DNA of 58,340 nt from Minisyncoccota bacterium (GCA_035583355.1 DATEZQ010000004.1:1-58340), one strand, 5' to 3'; shown: positions 34,013-41,711, counted from the first letter of the stretch. Numbers and translations: made by a program. Notes: a model not told the origin generated them from the sequence alone.

Positions 34013-34426
34013 ATGCGCCTTCTCCTTTCTTCCCTCATCATCTCCCTTGTCGGGGTCTTTGTGATCGATTACTTTTCCCACCTCATATTCTCTGACCCCA
34101 TGGAGACCCTCGGGTACTTCTGGGTGAAAGCTGGAGCATTCTTCTTGTTCTCGCTCGCATTCCTCAAATACATAAATCTCTCCACGCATGAGCTACACAA
34201 GGTGATGATTGGTGGCATAGTGATTGCCTCCCTCTGGGGCATGTATTACAACGTCTTCCCTCTACTCTTTGAATATTATCCTTATGGCATCGCACTGAAT
34301 GGCCTTTCTTTCCTTGGGATGGGAATCTTTGGTACTGGCGTCGCCTTTGGTATTGTGCACACTCTCGCTTTCACTCTCGGATACTATACAAATCGTAGTA
34401 TAATATCTTTATTACCCCTAACATAA
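34013..34426 (+). CDS. Integral membrane protein, unknown function
   Basis: 137 aa, four hydrophobic helices. Lies 8 nt upstream of the cupredoxin gene. Confidence 0.55.
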   Translation: MRLLLSSLIISLVGVFVIDYFSHLIFSDPMETLGYFWVKAGAFFLFSLAFLKYINLSTHELHKVMIGGIVIASLWGMYYNVFPLLFEYYPYGIALNGLSFLGMGIFGTGVAFGIVHTLAFTLGYYTNRSIISLLPLT

Positions 34427-34434
34427 CATTTTCC

Positions 34435-34833
34435 ATGAATACAAAAAATATCACCTGGATTGTCGTCATACTCATCGTTGTCGTGCTTGGACTCTATTGG
34501 TATATGCCTTCATCAAGCACCTACCAAAGCGGGGCGCCAGCAGAGAACAATACTCCAACTGACAACGAACCAGCCACCATCAACAGCACTGAGGTCAGCA
34601 TCGTCGATTACAAGTTCGAGCCAAGCCCACTCACCATTAAGGCAGGAACAAAAGTTACTTGGACAAACAATGATACCGTACCTCATACAGTAACTTCGGA
34701 CGCAGGAACTGTACTCAACTCCCCCCGCCTTGCGCCAGGAGAAAAGTTTAGCTATACCTTTTCTGCAGCTGGTAGCTATGACTACCACTGCACCGTCCAT
34801 CCGATGATGAAAGGAGGAGTTGTTGTGCAATAA
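34435..34833 (+). CDS. Membrane-anchored cupredoxin (plastocyanin/amicyanin-like blue copper protein)
   Basis: N-terminal TM helix. Type-1 Cu ligands in the canonical arrangement: H in VPHTVTS and C-x2-H-x2-M in YHCTVHPMM. Confidence 0.8.
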   Translation: MNTKNITWIVVILIVVVLGLYWYMPSSSTYQSGAPAENNTPTDNEPATINSTEVSIVDYKFEPSPLTIKAGTKVTWTNNDTVPHTVTSDAGTVLNSPRLAPGEKFSYTFSAAGSYDYHCTVHPMMKGGVVVQ

Positions 34834-34834
34834 A

Positions 34835-34870
34835 AATCCCCCGCTTCGCAACGCGAAGCGGGGTTTTATT
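34835..34870. terminator. Bidirectional terminator (11-bp GC stem)
   Basis: ccccgcttcgc-aac-gcgaagcgggg, flanked by an A-run and a T-run. Lies between convergent genes. Confidence 0.85.
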
Positions 34871-35645
34871 ATTTGAGCATCTTGAGCGCATTCATAAGAT
34901 AGGTGCTCGCCATCCCCCAGTCGATAGGGTCGAGCGCATTCCCGCTCGGGCGGAGCCTTCCTTGCGCGTCGATGGAAAGATCAGGGAATTCTTCGATGAG
35001 TGGCTGAACGAGGTCCATTGTGTCGGGACCAAGCCCGCCCGCAGCACCGATACCGAGCTCAGGGAATGCATCGCGGATCGCACGTGCATACGGAAGGAGT
35101 CCTTTGGCATCCATACCGAGACCCTTCCCCATGCTCTTATCCAAGAGGACGCGATGGATGATGCCTTCGTAGCACCCGAGACGTTCCACGACTTTGCGTG
35201 GATCGTTGTCACACACCTCAATGGCATTCTTCCCGACCTGGAGAATGATCTCCGGTTGCATGGCGGCGACTTGCGCCGCGCGGAAGATCTGGCGCGGGGT
35301 CGGCCAGATCATGTCGAGCTGAACCGCACTCAGGCGATTACCGCCGAAGCACATTGCGAGGGCGAGATGCTGATAGAAGTCATCGCTGTGGTCGTAGTCC
35401 GCGTAGTGCAGACAATTGTACGAATCGAGCGACCGGAAGATCTCCACGACCTGCTCCCTGTGCGGAAAGGCCTTGCTCCACTTGGTCTCGATGTCGTTCA
35501 GCGTCTTGTAGCTCATCATCACGCCAACATGGAGTTGGCGCCCTGAGCCTTCCTGCTTGCTTCCTGCGAAGACCGCTTCCATGGCCTCGACTTGTGCGAA
35601 GTTCATGAAATCGGTAATACCAATATAGGGACGCAGTGCACTCAT
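34869..35645 (-). CDS. TIM-barrel-like protein (phosphoribosylanthranilate-isomerase-like, tentative)
   Basis: 258 aa, GC3-rich. Alternating beta/alpha-like pattern with GIGAAGGLGPD and IDAQGRLR near the C-terminus. Family assignment is uncertain. Confidence 0.35.
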   Translation of the reverse strand: MSALRPYIGITDFMNFAQVEAMEAVFAGSKQEGSGRQLHVGVMMSYKTLNDIETKWSKAFPHREQVVEIFRSLDSYNCLHYADYDHSDDFYQHLALAMCFGGNRLSAVQLDMIWPTPRQIFRAAQVAAMQPEIILQVGKNAIEVCDNDPRKVVERLGCYEGIIHRVLLDKSMGKGLGMDAKGLLPYARAIRDAFPELGIGAAGGLGPDTMDLVQPLIEEFPDLSIDAQGRLRPSGNALDPIDWGMASTYLMNALKMLK

Positions 35646-35706
35646 GGGACACTCCTTTCGTGTCTACATCTTATCGCATACTACCCGAAAATATCAGGCA
35701 TGCAAG

Positions 35707-35728
35707 AAAAAGCCCACATGGGCTTTTC
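35707..35728 (-). terminator. Intrinsic terminator
   Basis: aaaagccc-acat-gggctttt. Confidence 0.75.
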
Positions 35729-35729
35729 A

Positions 35730-36119
35730 TTACATCGGGAGTGGCTTGATGATACTTGCACGATTGCCTTCAGTATCAGTGAAAGAAACGTAGGTGCCTG
35801 TACCAGGAATGTCAACGGGATGACCGATGATCTTCCCTCCCGCCATCTCGATGTTCTTCATCGCTTCAGCAATATCATCAACCGCAATGACCACCGAAGG
35901 GAATGGATTGTCGCCGGTCTTCTGATACAGCCCACCATTGATCATGCCGGGCTTCTTTGGCATCTTCGTCACCTCATCCCGTTCACCCGTTTCGACGACG
36001 ACATAATTCCCCATCTCTGGACCCAAAATGTTTGGCTTCCATCCGAAGGTCTTCGAATAAAACTCAACCATGCGCCCCTGATCTTCATAGGGCATTTCAA
36101 AATGCACGACTGGATTCAT
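35730..36119 (-). CDS. VOC family protein (glyoxalase/bleomycin-resistance fold)
   Basis: VVHFEMPYED start, FYSKTFGW, and GTYVSFTDTEGN typical of the VOC fold. Confidence 0.8.
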   Translation of the reverse strand: MNPVVHFEMPYEDQGRMVEFYSKTFGWKPNILGPEMGNYVVVETGERDEVTKMPKKPGMINGGLYQKTGDNPFPSVVIAVDDIAEAMKNIEMAGGKIIGHPVDIPGTGTYVSFTDTEGNRASIIKPLPM

Positions 36120-36190
36120 ATAAGTGATGATTAGTGATATATGAAATTATAGCATCAAAAAAGAGTAACTTAAGCTACTCATTTTTGATA

Positions 36191-36349
36191 CTAAAAGGTC
36201 AACAAATAATCAACCAATTTGGGCACCCAGAATTTCTGAGTGAGGAGCAACGCAATACCTATGACGATAAGTATAAGGAGGATAATTCGGAGGCGCTTTA
36301 TTACAGGACTCGCATTGTCTTCCATACATTCGATACATGTTTTGAGCAT
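36191..36349 (-). CDS. 52-aa CxxC + single-TM mini-protein (candidate)
   Basis: MLKTCIECMEDNASPVIKRLRIILLILIVIGIALLLTQKFWVPKLVDYLLTF. TGGTATAAT lies 6 nt upstream. It is the in-frame tail of the spurious 351-aa track ORF. Confidence 0.35.
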   Translation of the reverse strand: MLKTCIECMEDNASPVIKRLRIILLILIVIGIALLLTQKFWVPKLVDYLLTF

Positions 36350-36355
36350 ACACAA

Positions 36356-36364
36356 ATTATACCA
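36356..36364 (-). promoter_or_regulatory. Extended -10 TGGTATAAT, 6 nt before ATG 36349
   Basis: The minus strand reads gTGGTATAAT-ttgtgt-ATG, directly after the nadR stop. Confidence 0.5.
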
Positions 36365-36365
36365 C

Positions 36366-37340
36366 TTACCCGAACACTGAATTTGCGAGCAATGCATCAA
36401 TAGCCTCCGTCGCCTGTCGCATACGTTCATCATGCGTGCCGCACACGACGATATACTTGCGATTCGATTCCTTGAGTGCCTCTTCGAACCACTGATGCAT
36501 CTCGTGACGAATATGCTCTCCATCACGGGTACCATCCTGCACAAAAGGAATCTCATCTCCCGTAAGTATATAGAGGTCAGCGACGCGCTTATCTGCCACT
36601 CGAACAACTTCAGGAGAGAGCTCCCCCATATAGCGCTTATGCCAAATACTTGTCGCGAAGGCATCGGTATCACAGATGAGCACCTCGCGCGCATGACGTG
36701 CCTGTTCCACTTCACGGCGCTCTTGCTCAGAAGCGATATGAATGAATTCATTCGTACTCCACTGATGCGTTGCGAGGTCTGGCTTCTTATCACAATAGCT
36801 ACGTCCGTACTCGGGCACCCATGCAGTCTGATAGTGCCCTGCGAGTGCCTCGGCGAGGGTGGTCGTCCCTGTCGACTCCGCACCGAGTACCACGACGCGC
36901 TTTGCGAAATATGCACGCACTGGCGGTGCCAAGAGATCCCAGCTCGCAAAGACATCTGCACGCACACGCGTCCCAGAGATAGGCACATGGTCACGCTGTT
37001 TATTGACCAGGAAATGCTGCGAACCCATCGCGCGTGCATAGGGCTCACCGTAGTCCTCTGAGGTAAAAACGATATCTGGAGCCTTCCCCAAGACACGCAA
37101 AGTGTACTTCGCCCAGCCTGCGGTATCATCATCGCTGAGTGTGTCCGGCACGAGGCGTACCTCAACATCAGGATAGAGCTCCTTGATCCAATCGGCGCGC
37201 ACGTTGCCGAGCACTTCCTGGTCAGCCTTCTCACACACCCACACAATCAATTTGTCACAACGTGCGCGTGCCACATCGAGAAGATACATATGCCCCAAAT
37301 GAAATGGGTAGAATTTTCCAATGACAAATCCAGTAATCAT
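36366..37340 (-). CDS. nadR: NadR-type NMN adenylyltransferase / ribosylnicotinamide kinase (no HTH domain)
   Basis: GKFYPFHLGHMYL (nucleotidyltransferase HxGH) and a C-terminal P-loop VVLGAESTGTTTL. Sits 1 nt downstream of pnuC. Confidence 0.8.
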   Translation of the reverse strand: MITGFVIGKFYPFHLGHMYLLDVARARCDKLIVWVCEKADQEVLGNVRADWIKELYPDVEVRLVPDTLSDDDTAGWAKYTLRVLGKAPDIVFTSEDYGEPYARAMGSQHFLVNKQRDHVPISGTRVRADVFASWDLLAPPVRAYFAKRVVVLGAESTGTTTLAEALAGHYQTAWVPEYGRSYCDKKPDLATHQWSTNEFIHIASEQERREVEQARHAREVLICDTDAFATSIWHKRYMGELSPEVVRVADKRVADLYILTGDEIPFVQDGTRDGEHIRHEMHQWFEEALKESNRKYIVVCGTHDERMRQATEAIDALLANSVFG

Positions 37341-37341
37341 A

Positions 37342-37992
37342 TTATTCCTTTTGCGCAGCGCGCTTTATTTTTAGCCATGTAAAGAGGCCATGGGTCGCGA
37401 TTGCAAGGAAGAGTACATAGAGCAGTGCTACAAGATGTACGCCCTTTACCCAGTAGAGCCAAATACCGATGATGTCCACGAAGATCCAAAGATACCAATT
37501 CTCGATTTGCTTGCGCACCATGAAGATCGTTGCGACAAGACTGAGCACTGTTGTGAATGCATCGAGCATCGCATACGACGCAGCTTCAGGGAAATATGCA
37601 GGATACCAAAGATGGAGATGCGTTGTGAGGTAGGTAAGAACAACGGTGCCTCCGGTAATAATCGCGCCCCACATGAGATATGCACTTCTCTTGAGTGTGT
37701 TGACCGGAAGTTCCACTCCATCCCTCCTCCCTTTCGTCCAAACGTACCATCCCCAGAATCCGGTAACGAAATAGTAGAACTGTTCAAGTAAGTCCGAGTA
37801 CAAGCGGATTTGCCAGTAGAGCGCAGCAAAGAGCACTACTCCAATAATACCGATTGGCCAATTAAGAATTTTATTCTTTGCAACAAGCCACACGCACCAG
37901 ATATTAAAGAGTGTACCGAAAAACTCTACGTAGCTCATCGGGTAACCCAGCACAGTGAAAAAGATGTGATTGATATCGAGGAATGAATACAT
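37342..37992 (-). CDS. pnuC: Nicotinamide riboside transporter
   Basis: WLVAKNKILNWPIGIIG and FWGWYVW blocks typical of PnuC; 7-TM layout. The track ORF extends to 38049. Confidence 0.85.
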   Translation of the reverse strand: MYSFLDINHIFFTVLGYPMSYVEFFGTLFNIWCVWLVAKNKILNWPIGIIGVVLFAALYWQIRLYSDLLEQFYYFVTGFWGWYVWTKGRRDGVELPVNTLKRSAYLMWGAIITGGTVVLTYLTTHLHLWYPAYFPEAASYAMLDAFTTVLSLVATIFMVRKQIENWYLWIFVDIIGIWLYWVKGVHLVALLYVLFLAIATHGLFTWLKIKRAAQKE

Positions 37993-38161
37993 ATATGTGT
38001 AATTATGTAGTGCCAATAAAGCGTGCATATGACTTCGAGCAGACCCCACCCCATTGCCTGCTTCGCGTCATATATAGTGTATATATCACACTATATATAA
38101 TTATGCAAGCCTATGTTTTTCATGCTTTCTTAGGGGTCAGCAAAAAAGGTTACCCATACCA

Positions 38162-38170
38162 TGCTATAAT
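38162..38170 (+). promoter_or_regulatory. Extended -10 TGCTATAAT, 6 nt before ATG 38177 (leaderless)
   Basis: caTGCTATAATcgataaATG. Confidence 0.65.
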
Positions 38171-38176
38171 CGATAA

Positions 38177-38677
38177 ATGCAACGTACTAAGGGTTTTACA
38201 CTCATCGAACTACTTGTGGTCATCGCAATCATCGCGCTACTTTCGAGCGTCGCCCTTGCCACCCTTACCTCTGTACGAGTAAAAGCGCGCGACTCCAAAC
38301 GTGTCGAAGAAGCCCGCCAGATTGTGCATGCGATGTCGCTTTTTGCATCTGAGGCTGGGAGTGGTCTTCCTCCCCAAGCTACAGCGAATTATTCCAATGC
38401 ATCATCTTCTTCTCCTTACTGCGGAAGCAATAACACAGCGTGCTGGACGGACCTCTACGCACAGCTATCACCCTACTTCCCAAGAATGCCGAAAGACTCC
38501 GCAAACAGCTACCCTTACGTGTACTACTATAGGCCATTAGGATACAATTCATGCAATGCGGACAAGCTCCCTGTCGTCGTCTTCATTACTGAGTCCAACG
38601 AGTACCCTTCACTCAACAACTTCTCCTTCAATACAGGCACAGCAACAGTGACCGCATATTGCCTTATTGTTCCATAA
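38177..38677 (+). CDS. Type IV pilin-like protein (prepilin N-terminal cleavage/methylation domain)
   Basis: MQRTKG|FTLIELLVVIAIIALLSS class III signal with Glu at +5. Variable Cys-containing C-terminal domain. Confidence 0.8.
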   Translation: MQRTKGFTLIELLVVIAIIALLSSVALATLTSVRVKARDSKRVEEARQIVHAMSLFASEAGSGLPPQATANYSNASSSSPYCGSNNTACWTDLYAQLSPYFPRMPKDSANSYPYVYYYRPLGYNSCNADKLPVVVFITESNEYPSLNNFSFNTGTATVTAYCLIVP

Positions 38678-38680
38678 ATA

Positions 38681-38711
38681 AAAAAACTTCAAGTGGTGCT
38701 TGAAGTTTTTT
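38681..38711. terminator. Bidirectional terminator shared by convergent genes
   Basis: aaaaaacttcaag-tggtg-cttgaagtttttt. It overlaps the hemerythrin gene stop. Confidence 0.85.
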
Positions 38712-39132
38712 ATTTTAAACCGTGTGCCAAGAAACACTGCTTATATTGCTGATCCATACCCATCACATGCCCTATGAGCCAGTTCTCAAGAAAATCCACA
38801 AGATCATATGCGAAAACGCGCGGATTACCCCTATCCCCCTCCTGGAACTCTCTCGCTTTCTGATTGAAGACTTCATGTGCTGCCTCGTGTGCAGCAGTAC
38901 CCTCGTAATTGAATAAATGAAAATACTTTTCCTCAGTGGCGAAGTGTAATGTTTTAAAAGCAAGCAAATCTTCCGTGATGCGAATGATGTCCTCCTCCTT
39001 TGTATCAAGAGAATCAATTACCCCAATCAATTCATTGATAATACCAAAGAGATGCTTGTGCTGCTCATCGATCTCCTCGGTAATGCTATATTTGTCGTCC
39101 CAGATGAGTATGGCATTTTTTGTAGCGTTCAT
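38710..39132 (-). CDS. Bacteriohemerythrin-like metal-binding protein
   Basis: IDEQHKHLF, HFATEE and WLIGHV His/Glu ligand motifs. Confidence 0.8.
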   Translation of the reverse strand: MNATKNAILIWDDKYSITEEIDEQHKHLFGIINELIGVIDSLDTKEEDIIRITEDLLAFKTLHFATEEKYFHLFNYEGTAAHEAAHEVFNQKAREFQEGDRGNPRVFAYDLVDFLENWLIGHVMGMDQQYKQCFLAHGLK

Positions 39133-39210
39133 ATATAGTTATTATACTCCTTGTAATCAAGATGTGAATGACGAGGATCAATAGTGAATATTTTTTGTTA
39201 CCATATAACC

Positions 39211-39462
39211 ATGACTCAACATAAAGTATCTGCCGGCACAGTACACAACGTACCAAAAGACATGCAGGAACTCATCACTTCCTTGCCGAAGGTCCATGGC
39301 ATGTGGGAAGATATTACACCACTTGCACGCAATGAGTGGATCTGCTGGATTACCTCCGCAAAGCAACAAGAAACTCGCGAACGCAGAATGCGTATCATGA
39401 GTGAAAATTTGCTTGCAGGGAAAAGACGACCGTGTTGCTGGGCAGGATGTGGACATCGATAG
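39211..39462 (+). CDS. YdeI/OmpD-associated (OmdA) family protein
   Basis: W..ITPLARNEWICWITSAKQQETRERR and C-terminal GKRRPCCWAGCGHR, typical of this family. The track ORF starts at 39184. Confidence 0.6.
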   Translation: MTQHKVSAGTVHNVPKDMQELITSLPKVHGMWEDITPLARNEWICWITSAKQQETRERRMRIMSENLLAGKRRPCCWAGCGHR

Positions 39463-39469
39463 CATATAC

Positions 39470-39491
39470 AAAGCACCCTCGGGGTGCTTTT
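39470..39491 (+). terminator. Intrinsic terminator
   Basis: aaagcaccc-tcg-gggtgcttt then T. Confidence 0.75.
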
Positions 39492-39521
39492 ACGCTAGCG
39501 AAGACCGCATCAGGTGTCCGC

Positions 39522-40247
39522 TTATTTCCTCGCATCGAGTGATGCAAATGCTGAGGGGTTGAATCCCTTTATGATAAGCCATATGCCGAGCAATAACTCG
39601 AACAGTGCGACCGGTACAGCAAACAATCCCGTAGAGGCAGCGTGCTGATCTACGACGCCAAAGAGGGTCGCTAGATAACCCACAACAAGTATCGGGGCAC
39701 CGATGATTCCAATCGAGGAGAGTAAACGCGGTACAAGTCGTGACTGATAGAGCAAAACTCCAAGCAGAAGATCATTCACTGCAGGTAAAAAGCTTTGCCC
39801 GAGGAGAAAAATTCGATCATAGAGCACCGCAAGCATATGGCTTATCGAGAGTGACTCTGCGCCCGCACCTGACTCACGCAAAGAGATGATCGCAAGGATG
39901 AATGCGACGCCAAGAAATATCGTGCCCGCCTCGAGAATGCGTGAAGCAACAAGCCCGAGTGCATATACTTGATTCTGTTTCTTGAGGAGTGGATACAGCA
40001 CCACTGCAGTACCGATACAGGTGAGCGCAACGATAATCTCAAGTAGTCCGCCAATCGTTCCACCAATACTCTGACTTGCCCCAAGCATATATTCAGCACT
40101 TTTGACTGGACCATACAAAGCAAGCGTCGGTATTGAAACAAATGTAAGTAAATACAATACGCCTGCGGACAAAGAGATTTTCCTTGATGTCCACAAGGAG
40201 GCCTCTGGAACACCCCCTACCGGCTCAATGTTTGTTATTTCTACCAT
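39522..40247 (-). CDS. Polytopic membrane protein (DUF4386-like, tentative)
   Basis: 241 aa with about 6 TM helices. No catalytic motif recognised. Confidence 0.45.
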   Translation of the reverse strand: MVEITNIEPVGGVPEASLWTSRKISLSAGVLYLLTFVSIPTLALYGPVKSAEYMLGASQSIGGTIGGLLEIIVALTCIGTAVVLYPLLKKQNQVYALGLVASRILEAGTIFLGVAFILAIISLRESGAGAESLSISHMLAVLYDRIFLLGQSFLPAVNDLLLGVLLYQSRLVPRLLSSIGIIGAPILVVGYLATLFGVVDQHAASTGLFAVPVALFELLLGIWLIIKGFNPSAFASLDARK

Positions 40248-40321
40248 TACTGTATAGTAACATATCCCAATGATGCGCTCTACGAATCCCTCCTGAGGCT
40301 CCTTTACCGCATAGTTCTATA

Positions 40322-40330
40322 TGCTATCCT
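40322..40330 (+). promoter_or_regulatory. -10-like TGCTATCCT, 6 nt before ATG 40337
   Basis: aTGCTATCCTgagggcATG. The hexamer is weaker than at the other copies. Confidence 0.4.
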
Positions 40331-40336
40331 GAGGGC

Positions 40337-40891
40337 ATGGAGCAAACACAGTCCCAAAGGGGTAATGACGATACGATTCTCTTTCATATCCATCGCTACC
40401 CCAATATCTTTTCAGAATTCGACGCTCGGCCGTTTTCGAGGCGTAGTCTCTCGAGTGACTTCCTCGAAGAGTTACATAGGCAAATTCATGCACACGAAAA
40501 TCCTATCTCAGGATTCACTTTCGTCCTCCCTCCCGAGAAGCGCGATGCGGAATCAGAAGTGATCATCAAAGAGCGACTCACTGCCTATTTGCGCAAACAC
40601 ATCAGCCAAGTGCGCACTGCGAAACGTGCCGCAATGAGGCATAGTGCAGCAATGCTCCTTTCGGGAGCAGTACTCATGTCGCTCACGACATATATCATAT
40701 CGCTTGAATCTGCATCCCACTTCCCCTACACCATTATCAGGGCTCTCATCGAACCCGCATCATGGTTCCTCCTCTGGGAAGGAATCAATCGTTACACCTC
40801 ACGCATGAATGAGCTCAAGCTCGATATTGCGCTCAGGGAGAAGATCGCTGAGAGCTATGCAAATATTCAGTTCGTTTCGGAGGAGAGATAG
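40337..40891 (+). CDS. Hypothetical membrane protein
   Basis: 184 aa with two central TM helices. A terminator follows. Confidence 0.5.
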   Translation: MEQTQSQRGNDDTILFHIHRYPNIFSEFDARPFSRRSLSSDFLEELHRQIHAHENPISGFTFVLPPEKRDAESEVIIKERLTAYLRKHISQVRTAKRAAMRHSAAMLLSGAVLMSLTTYIISLESASHFPYTIIRALIEPASWFLLWEGINRYTSRMNELKLDIALREKIAESYANIQFVSEER

Positions 40892-40906
40892 GAGAATGTG
40901 GAATGC

Positions 40907-40936
40907 AAAAGACCTCTTGCGAGGTCTTTTTTGTTT
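40907..40936 (+). terminator. Intrinsic terminator
   Basis: aaaagacctc-ttgc-gaggtctttt then TTGTTTT. Confidence 0.85.
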
Positions 40937-41004
40937 TACTTCAATGGAAGGATTCGGCAAAGATTCACTATTTTGAAGAAATAGTTCCATATATGCACTG
41001 GGCA

Positions 41005-41036
41005 AAATAAAAAACTTCTTCGGCCGCCCGAAGAAG
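41005..41036 (-). terminator. Intrinsic terminator
   Basis: cttcttcgg-ccgc-ccgaagaag, with TTTTTTATTT downstream on the minus strand. Confidence 0.8.
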
Positions 41037-41495
41037 CTATTTCAATTTATCAAAGCGATGCATTTCTACTGCACCTCTTATACTCGTTACAACCGTAATA
41101 TATTTTGATATCTGAGGATCACTCGGTGCGTGCAAGGAGTAAATAGGCACATCAGAAGCTACCGCAACTCCAATTTCCATTGCGACAGAGCTTCCTATGT
41201 ATCCGTCTGGGCATACGAGCCACAGGAAATTCGATGCGCGAATACAACGATTATGCCTATCTTGCACACTCTTGATAGAAGAGTGAGGAAAGAGCATGTC
41301 TCCCTCAAGAAGAAGAAAATTCTTGCTCAGCATACTGTGTGGGTTCGGCTTCTTCGGCGACAAGACGCGCGCGCCGAAATTTTGCAACTCTTCCATTGCC
41401 AAAGCGGTTTCTTTCAAAAATCTATTGAAACTAGAGCTTACTACAACAAGCGGAGAATTATAAATTTGAATACTGGGAAGTATAATCGGGCTCAT
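41037..41495 (-). CDS. Nucleoside 2-deoxyribosyltransferase-like Rossmann-type protein (tentative)
   Basis: GAGGAGG lies 5 nt before the ATG. LWLVCPDGYIGSSVAMEIGVAVASDVPIY resembles the C-terminal core of that superfamily. The CDS is solid; the function is tentative. Confidence 0.4.
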   Translation of the reverse strand: MSPIILPSIQIYNSPLVVVSSSFNRFLKETALAMEELQNFGARVLSPKKPNPHSMLSKNFLLLEGDMLFPHSSIKSVQDRHNRCIRASNFLWLVCPDGYIGSSVAMEIGVAVASDVPIYSLHAPSDPQISKYITVVTSIRGAVEMHRFDKLK

Positions 41496-41555
41496 CGCAA
41501 CCTCCTCTCTTTTCTCTGCATAAAGACTAGAGGAATAGGAAGGAAAAGTAAAGAT

Positions 41556-41711
41556 GGCAGCAGGAATCGCCCCTTCGTCACATCAGTATGTTGTTTCGCA
41601 GGCTCACAACATACTGTGTGCGAGTAGGGCTAGGGATCGGCGTCGACCGCTTCGGTCGGAACCTCAGCGGCCGGCTTCGCGGCCTCCGCCCTTCGAATCC
41701 TGCGCCGGAGG
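41556..41711. ncRNA. Unclassified GC-rich structured RNA candidate (5' leader of the 41495 gene or an independent small RNA)
   Basis: Closing helix GCAGGAATCG 41560-41569 / CGAATCCTGC 41694-41703 (1 mismatch). Internal hairpins: 41584-41594/41606-41616 (11 bp, extendable), 41644-41649/41653-41658 and 41669-41673/41680-41684. G+C is far above the local background. The 64-aa track ORF here is implausible. Confidence 0.4.

Noticed and set aside
34892-35652. Four 84-194-aa ORFs overlapping the TIM-barrel-like gene
   Set aside because: They show the same GC3 shadow effect. The 258-aa frame is the only one with a start next to a terminator-bounded unit and a protein-like composition.
36134-36403. 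89-aa + strand ORF between the VOC gene and nadR
   Set aside because: It would converge into the nadR 3' end with no terminator and has no start signals. The minus-strand mini-ORF fits the local promoter better.
36191-37246. 351-aa minus-strand ORF overlapping nadR in another frame
   Set aside because: The sequence is Arg/Ser/Cys-rich with no motifs and lies entirely inside the well-supported nadR gene (GC3-rich shadow). Only its last 52 codons, downstream of the nadR stop, were kept as a candidate.
41556-41711. tmRNA or tRNA-like reading of GGATTCGAAGGG on the minus strand
   Set aside because: There is no acceptor-stem partner and no T-arm complement. No 3' tRNA-like domain follows in the next 400 nt. 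The downstream DNA is a gene with a strong Shine-Dalgarno.
41556-41711. Guanidine-I (ykkC), glycine, ydaO or SRP RNA assignment
   Set aside because: Only short fragments resemble those consensus sequences (GAGGTTCCGAC, ACGAAGGGGCGA, GGGGCGATTCC). The defining motifs I remember are absent: GGUCCGAGAG, CUCUGGAGAG, the SRP GGAA/AGCA loop.
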